A DNA stretch of 63,153 nucleotides, filler included, from Halocafeteria seosinensis (Eukaryota), in NCBI GenBank assembly GCA_001687465.1. It is 5 parts of 5 records of this genome, joined end to end, with 100 filler letters (N's around TTAATTAATTAA, not from the genome) between each part and the next. Parts side by side here need not be neighbours in the genome. Positions count along the whole stretch, not along the records: positions 33,765 to 60,566 come from LVLI01000028.1; positions 60,667 to 62,011 come from LVLI01000037.1; positions 62,112 to 63,153 come from LVLI01000049.1; 2 more parts are not named here. One strand, 5' to 3'. Of this stretch, positions 57,936 through 63,153 are shown piece after piece. Both the position numbers and the translations under genes were made by a program. Within the stretch, counting starts at the first letter, position 1; each line of letters begins with the position of its first letter. The notes beneath the pieces are model-generated. The model had not been told where the DNA came from and did not search any database. It saw only the letters and a program-made list of their open reading frames with translations.

Positions 57936-58859
57936 ATGGAAGATACTCTATTAGATATATTAATGCAACTTAGAAAACCAAAGAAGTCCAATAAATCTAA
58001 AAAAAAAGATACTGGAAAAACAAAAGGCAAAAAAAGAGCTTTTTTTAAAGATGATGAAGAAAACCACACTTTTGATGAGAGTGGTAACCAAATACAAGAA
58101 GATTATGACCCAGTAACGTGCAAACATCCCAGTAATAAAACCTATTTTGAGGTTTGTAAAGCTTCTTACATGCCTCCCAAATCCAGACCACAAACAATTA
58201 ACCAATGGTGGATTAGAATGCGAAAATTTTCGAGTAAAACTGTGGCTTGTTACCAAGATCGTGAAGCCAAAGTTATTTTGGTCGCCTACCGTGGTACAGA
58301 AAAAACAAGTGTCAGTGATTTATCTGCTGATAAAGATATTATGTTTAATAAACTTAATAGAACCGGACGTTTTCAGAAAGATTTGGAAACAACTCAAAAA
58401 TTACTTGAAAATTTTCAAAGCTCTCATTGTATTTTTACCGTTGGACACTCTCTTGGTAATGCTATTCAATTACAAATGAATAGAGATTTGGACAATTTTG
58501 CAAGGGCTGGAAGATCTTATAATGGAGCTCTCCAACCTAGGGATTTAATTCAAGTGTTTAAAAATTATGATTATTGGTATATCAAAGGAGATCCATTATA
58601 TAGTTTAAGTGGCAGATTTTTAAAAAAGAATTTGTATGTTTTCCCAGAAGTTAGCAAAAAAAGCCTGCAAAATCATGATTTAGATAACTTCAAAGGTTTG
58701 TCAGAAAAAGACGCAATTAAAAAACCAAAAGGAGGAAGAAAGAGACCAACTAAAAAAGATTTGGTAGGTTTAGGAATGGTTAGACACAAAGACAAAGTGC
58801 AACCGAGTGGAATGCCTTACCCACTGGAAGTATATTATAGAGAATCGGGAATTATGTAA
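57936..58859 (+). CDS. Class 3 lipase / alpha-beta hydrolase
   Basis: VAYRGT..DL.AD, GHSLG nucleophile elbow, GDP and a C-terminal His (NHDL). Confidence 0.88.
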   Translation: MEDTLLDILMQLRKPKKSNKSKKKDTGKTKGKKRAFFKDDEENHTFDESGNQIQEDYDPVTCKHPSNKTYFEVCKASYMPPKSRPQTINQWWIRMRKFSSKTVACYQDREAKVILVAYRGTEKTSVSDLSADKDIMFNKLNRTGRFQKDLETTQKLLENFQSSHCIFTVGHSLGNAIQLQMNRDLDNFARAGRSYNGALQPRDLIQVFKNYDYWYIKGDPLYSLSGRFLKKNLYVFPEVSKKSLQNHDLDNFKGLSEKDAIKKPKGGRKRPTKKDLVGLGMVRHKDKVQPSGMPYPLEVYYRESGIM

Positions 58860-58890
58860 ATACAAAAATAAATATTATATATATAGAAAA

Positions 58891-60498
58891 ATGGCTGTAG
58901 CTCAGATTATAAATGATCAAACTAGCCAAATCTACAAACATCTAATACCTACAAAACATTCCTCACATATTTCTAATATTACGGTGGCTTCAAATGATGC
59001 TCCACAAGCTATAAAAGACAGTTCTGATTATGTCTGTGATGGAGCTTCTGACCAAGTACAAATTAATCAAGCTATTCAAAACTCTAGTGATGGTGATAGA
59101 ATTTTATTGTCTCAAGGTGAGTTTATAATTGATGACCAAATTCAAATAAATAGCTCTGTTAGTTTTCTGGGTATTAATCGAGAGGATACTACAATTAAAG
59201 TAGATGATAACGCAACCAGTGCAAATCAATGGATAGATGTAACTGCAAGTGGTCTACTAATTCAAGATATGAAACTAGATGGCAATAATTCAAACCGTGG
59301 AGTTGATAATATTGACGATATTCTGATCCGGTTTAATGGTGTTAATTATTCCGTGGTTCATAGATTGCAACTTTTTTCAACTTCTTCTTATGAAATTTAT
59401 GTCGATAACTGTAGTCATTTAATGCTGACCGAATTATATGTTGACAATACTGATTCTCAAAAAGGTTCAGCGGTTTATTTTACAAATTTAAATGATACCG
59501 CTGATGTCTCTTTAACTCACAGCTTTTTTGAAATGCTAAATCACACCTGTATTGAGACCAATACGGTTAACTCCCTGACCATAGATAATTGTAAGGTCCA
59601 CAATGGGAATCGTGGTGTTTCGGCTGGTATTGCTGACTCTAATATTATCGTTAGTAACTGTGTTTTCGATGGATGTACCAACATTCATTACCCAGCTAAT
59701 AGAGGAGTGTTTACGAATAATAAATTTTCAAACACTGATGGAGGAATCACGATTCTTAACAATTCTGGAAACGGAAACAATAACTATATTGATGGTTTAT
59801 ATTCTGAAAATGATAGCAGTGTGACAGGAGTTGTTCATATTGACGGAGGCTCTGATAATTCGGTATACGATGTTGAGATCATTTCTCCAAATTGTCCGGC
59901 TATTGTGGTTGACCACAATAATGGTGATGGCGACCCTACTAATTTTAATTGTAACAATATTAAGGTTGGAAATACTAGTAATCCAGCATTAAACCTTCAA
60001 AACTTGACTACGGGTAATTTATCAGGACTTTTATACCTTCAGGCTAGTGATAGCACGGCTGTTTCCATTCAAAACAGTTCAGGACTAAATTTTGATAACT
60101 TCGTTTTTGAAGAAATTAAAAAGGGTTTTAATGTGGATAGCATAACTAACAGTTCTTTTTCTGGTATTGACATTGTTGATTGTACTCAAGGGGGTTTTGA
60201 CATTCAAAATAACTCATCCGGCAATCAATTTAGTGAGGTCAAAATTCGGGAAGCTCAAAGAGGCTTTTTCTTGACTGGTACAGCAAATGAGAACACTTTT
60301 AGCCAAATTACTATGACAGGTTGTACAGATAATTGTATTAAAAATAACGGAAATAATAATAGCTTTTCAGGTATATATTGTTACGATACTGGCAGTGGTA
60401 CACCAGACAATAATGTAGCTATATTAAGTGACGGAGCTAATGGAGCGAATATTTGGCGTGATATTACTATTCAACAAATTAATTCTTCTTATGATTAG
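58891..60498 (+). CDS. Pectin-lyase-like right-handed beta-helix protein (fibre/spike-like), ending in the telomere tract
   Basis: VASNDA..DYVCDG.SDQVQINQAI..G.RILLSQGEF start followed by Asn-rich beta-helix repeats; stop TAG at 60496-98 lies within the first TTAGGG. Confidence 0.8.
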   Translation: MAVAQIINDQTSQIYKHLIPTKHSSHISNITVASNDAPQAIKDSSDYVCDGASDQVQINQAIQNSSDGDRILLSQGEFIIDDQIQINSSVSFLGINREDTTIKVDDNATSANQWIDVTASGLLIQDMKLDGNNSNRGVDNIDDILIRFNGVNYSVVHRLQLFSTSSYEIYVDNCSHLMLTELYVDNTDSQKGSAVYFTNLNDTADVSLTHSFFEMLNHTCIETNTVNSLTIDNCKVHNGNRGVSAGIADSNIIVSNCVFDGCTNIHYPANRGVFTNNKFSNTDGGITILNNSGNGNNNYIDGLYSENDSSVTGVVHIDGGSDNSVYDVEIISPNCPAIVVDHNNGDGDPTNFNCNNIKVGNTSNPALNLQNLTTGNLSGLLYLQASDSTAVSIQNSSGLNFDNFVFEEIKKGFNVDSITNSSFSGIDIVDCTQGGFDIQNNSSGNQFSEVKIREAQRGFFLTGTANENTFSQITMTGCTDNCIKNNGNNNSFSGIYCYDTGSGTPDNNVAILSDGANGANIWRDITIQQINSSYD

Positions 60499-60566
60499 GG
60501 TTAGGGTTAGGGTTAGGGTTAGGGTTAGGGTTAGGGTTAGGGTTAGGGTTAGGGTTAGGGTTAGGG
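60495..60566 (+). repeat. Telomeric repeat (TTAGGG)12 at the contig end
   Basis: 12 perfect units with the G-rich strand running 5'->3' toward the end. Confidence 0.95.
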
Positions 60567-60666
60567 NNNNNNNNNNNNNNNNNNNNNNNNNNNNNNNNNN
60601 NNNNNNNNNNTTAATTAATTAANNNNNNNNNNNNNNNNNNNNNNNNNNNNNNNNNNNNNNNNNNNN
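60567..60666. other. Artificial contig-joining spacer
   Basis: N-TTAATTAATTAA-N. Confidence 0.97.
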
Positions 60667-62011
60667 CAAGTAGTAATACTGCGAGTCAGACAGGCACTCG
60701 AACGCCATCGAATACGGCGAGTCAGACTATGACGGGAACGGCGTCCAATACTGAAACTCCGACGAGCTCTGTGACAGCGAGTGAGACTGCAACAAATACA
60801 GTTACCAAGACTCCGTCGAATACAGGCACCCCGTCCAACACTGAAACTCCAACAAGTAGTAATACTGCGAGTCAGACAATCACTCGTACGCCTTCAAACA
60901 CTGCGTCTGAAACGGCAACTGGCACGTCTTCAAAAACTGGCACATCGACAGCCTCATCATCGTTAACGCCGACGCCGACGTCCAGTCATACGGCTCGAGT
61001 TACTGTCACTGTAACGTCTACGGTAACCTCGACTGTAACGATGACAGGGACGGCTACAAGCTCGGTGTCTGGATCGTCCACCTCGACCGGAACGGTAACC
61101 GTCACACCAACGTCATCCCAAACTGCATCTGCAACAGCTACAAGGAGTGGGACGGCTTCCCAAACGAGCACGCCGACAAGCACAATATCTCCGGCTGAGA
61201 CAGTCACGTCTACTGTCACTTCCACTGTAACAGTCACGATGACTCCAACATCGTCGAGAAGTCCATCCAGCAGCAATTCTGCCAGTGCAAGTGTAACGAT
61301 GACACCTTCCAACACGGCCACTCAGACAATAACTGGTACTGCCTCGCTTACAAAAACTCCGACGAGCTCTGTGACAGCGAGTGGTACTGCAACAAATACA
61401 GTTACCAAGACTCCGTCGAACACAGGCACCCCGTCCAACACTGAAACTCCAACAAGTAGTAATACTGCCAGTCAGACAGGCACTCGAACGCCATCGAATA
61501 CGGCGAGTCATACTATGACGGGAACGGCGTCCAATACTGAAACTCCTACTAGCTCTGTCACCGCTGCGGAGACAGCGACAAACACAGTTACCAGGACTCC
61601 GTCGAATACAGGCACGCCGTCCAACACTGAAACTCCAACCAGTAGCAATACTGCGAGTCAGACAGGCACTCGAACGCCTTCGAATACGGCGAGTCAGACT
61701 ATGACGGGAACGGCGTCCAATACTGAAACTCCGACGAGCTCTGTGACAGCGAGTGAGACTGCAACAAATACAGTTACCCGGACTCCGTCGAATACAGGCA
61801 CACCGTCCAACACTGGAACTCCAACAAGTAGTAATACTGCGAGTCAGACAGGCACTCAGACGCCTTCAAATACGGCGAGTCAGACTATGACGGGAACGGC
61901 GTCCAATACTGAAACTCCGACGAGCTCTGTGACAGCGAGTGAGACTGCAACAAATACAGTTACCAAGACTCCGTCGAGCACAGGCACACCGTCCAACACT
62001 GAAACTCCAAC
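60667..62011 (+). CDS. Fragment of a Thr/Ser-rich mucin-like protein with 186-bp (62-aa) tandem repeats
   Basis: Frame open across the contig; AATACGGCGAGTCA recurs at 61497, 61683 and 61869. Confidence 0.75.
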
Positions 62012-62111
62012 NNNNNNNNNNNNNNNNNNNNNNNNNNNNNNNNNNNNNNNNNNNNTTAATTAATTAANNNNNNNNNNNNNNNNNNNNNNNNNNNNNNNNN
62101 NNNNNNNNNNN
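62012..62111. other. Artificial contig-joining spacer
   Basis: N-TTAATTAATTAA-N. Confidence 0.97.
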
Positions 62112-62184
62112 CACTCTCTCAAATAAATCATCGATCGAGTGTAGGGGGACACTACTATTTGCGACATCGTTTTCTAACATACAG

Positions 62185-63153
62185 AAACCTACGTAGTTGT
62201 GAGTTTGAGGAGTTTCCACTAGCGCTAACATCCCAACTTCCGAATTTGACCGACCTGTAAGTGAGACGGTGCGAGGAGAAGAGACACAATGAAAAGGACG
62301 AATAAAAAAAAAGCACGTCATCTTCCGGTACTAACAGGGATCTCGGATACAACTCTCTGCGGTACATACCCGAAGAAGCTCAGCTTGGTACACCAAAATT
62401 GCAGTCGTTGTATGTTGTGTTTGACTATCCATGGGAATGCGGGTTACCAAGTACCTCCCTTTCTTTGTACTGCGCAATCTGCTGAATCTCAGAGATTTGG
62501 AAGAAAATAAGCTCGAAGGGATACCCTCGACGTTTCTGAGGGGACTGACTGAACTAACCCAATTGTTTGTTAAACATCAGGTTTACAGAGCACCTTGTAA
62601 CGTCATTACATTGACGAAGTATTGCTTTTTACAGATACGCGCAAGACAACGAGTTGCGGGAATTGCCTCTGGGACTTTTTGCGGACACAACAAATTTGCA
62701 GTACATGTATGTTAAAGCGACACTTTCAAGTTTGAGATTCGGCCCGGATTTAACAAACGCAATATGATGTGATTGGGCGTCTGTGTTTCTTCCTTCAGCA
62801 ACCTATATTACAATCGGATTGAGAATGTTCCCAACTCTACATTCAGCAACCTGACGCAATTGAAAGAGCTGTACGGAGACGTACTCCATATTGCAGTTGC
62901 AGAATGGCTCTATTTGTCAATTGACTGATTTGGCTTTCATTTGGAGATGCAGAGAACTACGCTCAAACCAGCTTAGCAAAGTGTATGCCAGCATGTTTGA
63001 GGGATGTAAAAACCTTAAGTTATTGTATGGGATCAAGTATTCTGATAGGTCATCCTAGTCGTCGAACCGATCACATGATAATTACATTCATTTGGTGCAG
63101 GGACCTTGGGGGTAACAACATTGGATACGTATCTTCGTCTAGCTTCTCTGACC
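62185..63153 (+). CDS. Leucine-rich-repeat protein fragment with one 24-aa LRR per 72-nt exon
   Basis: Exons 62185-62256, 62338-62409, 62493-62564, 62635-62706, 62799-62870, 62953-63024 and 63101->; all bounded by AG/GT in phase 2; e.g. DLEENKLEGIPSTFLRGLTELTQL, NLYYNRIENVPNSTFSNLTQLKEL. Confidence 0.9.

Larger units (their letters stand above)
48560..60494. mobile_element. Endogenous virophage (Lavidaviridae/Maveriviricetes-like) segment, apparently truncated at both ends
   Basis: Abrupt switch to AT-rich, intronless, gene-dense DNA encoding virophage-type MCP, penton, packaging ATPase and SF3 helicase. Confidence 0.92.

Noticed and set aside
58807..58890. GTG start given in the ORF track for the beta-helix gene
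   Set aside because: It overlaps the lipase gene; the ATG at 58891 has the shared TATATAGA motif

Overview
This window is eukaryotic (probably protist) DNA made of five contigs joined by artificial 100-bp N/TTAATTAATTAA/N spacers: 1-17609, 17710-33664, 33765-60566, 60667-62011 and 62112-63153. The main result is a ~12-kb AT-rich virophage-type (Lavidaviridae/Maveriviricetes-like) segment at ~48560-60494. It encodes an SF3 helicase, RING protein, major and minor capsid proteins, packaging ATPase, putative core protein, nucleotidyltransferase-like protein, lipase and a beta-helix fibre-like protein. On the left it is joined to a transposon-dense host region through a 5'-truncated helicase. On the right it runs directly into a (TTAGGG)12 telomere tract, which supplies the stop codon of the last viral ORF. 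Other content: a pogo-like transposon with intact ends whose transposase carries SAP-like and chromo domains, a Crypton-like tyrosine recombinase pseudogene, a Crinkler/RHS-type NTPase-REase gene between inverted repeats, and Tc1/Sailor-like and Harbinger transposase fragments. Host genes include an inverted duplication of a GLUG-repeat secreted-protein gene, a RABL3-like GTPase, a 3165-aa ARM-repeat protein, a mucin-like repeat fragment and an LRR gene built from 72-nt exons. All family assignments come from motif recognition by eye; no database searches were run.
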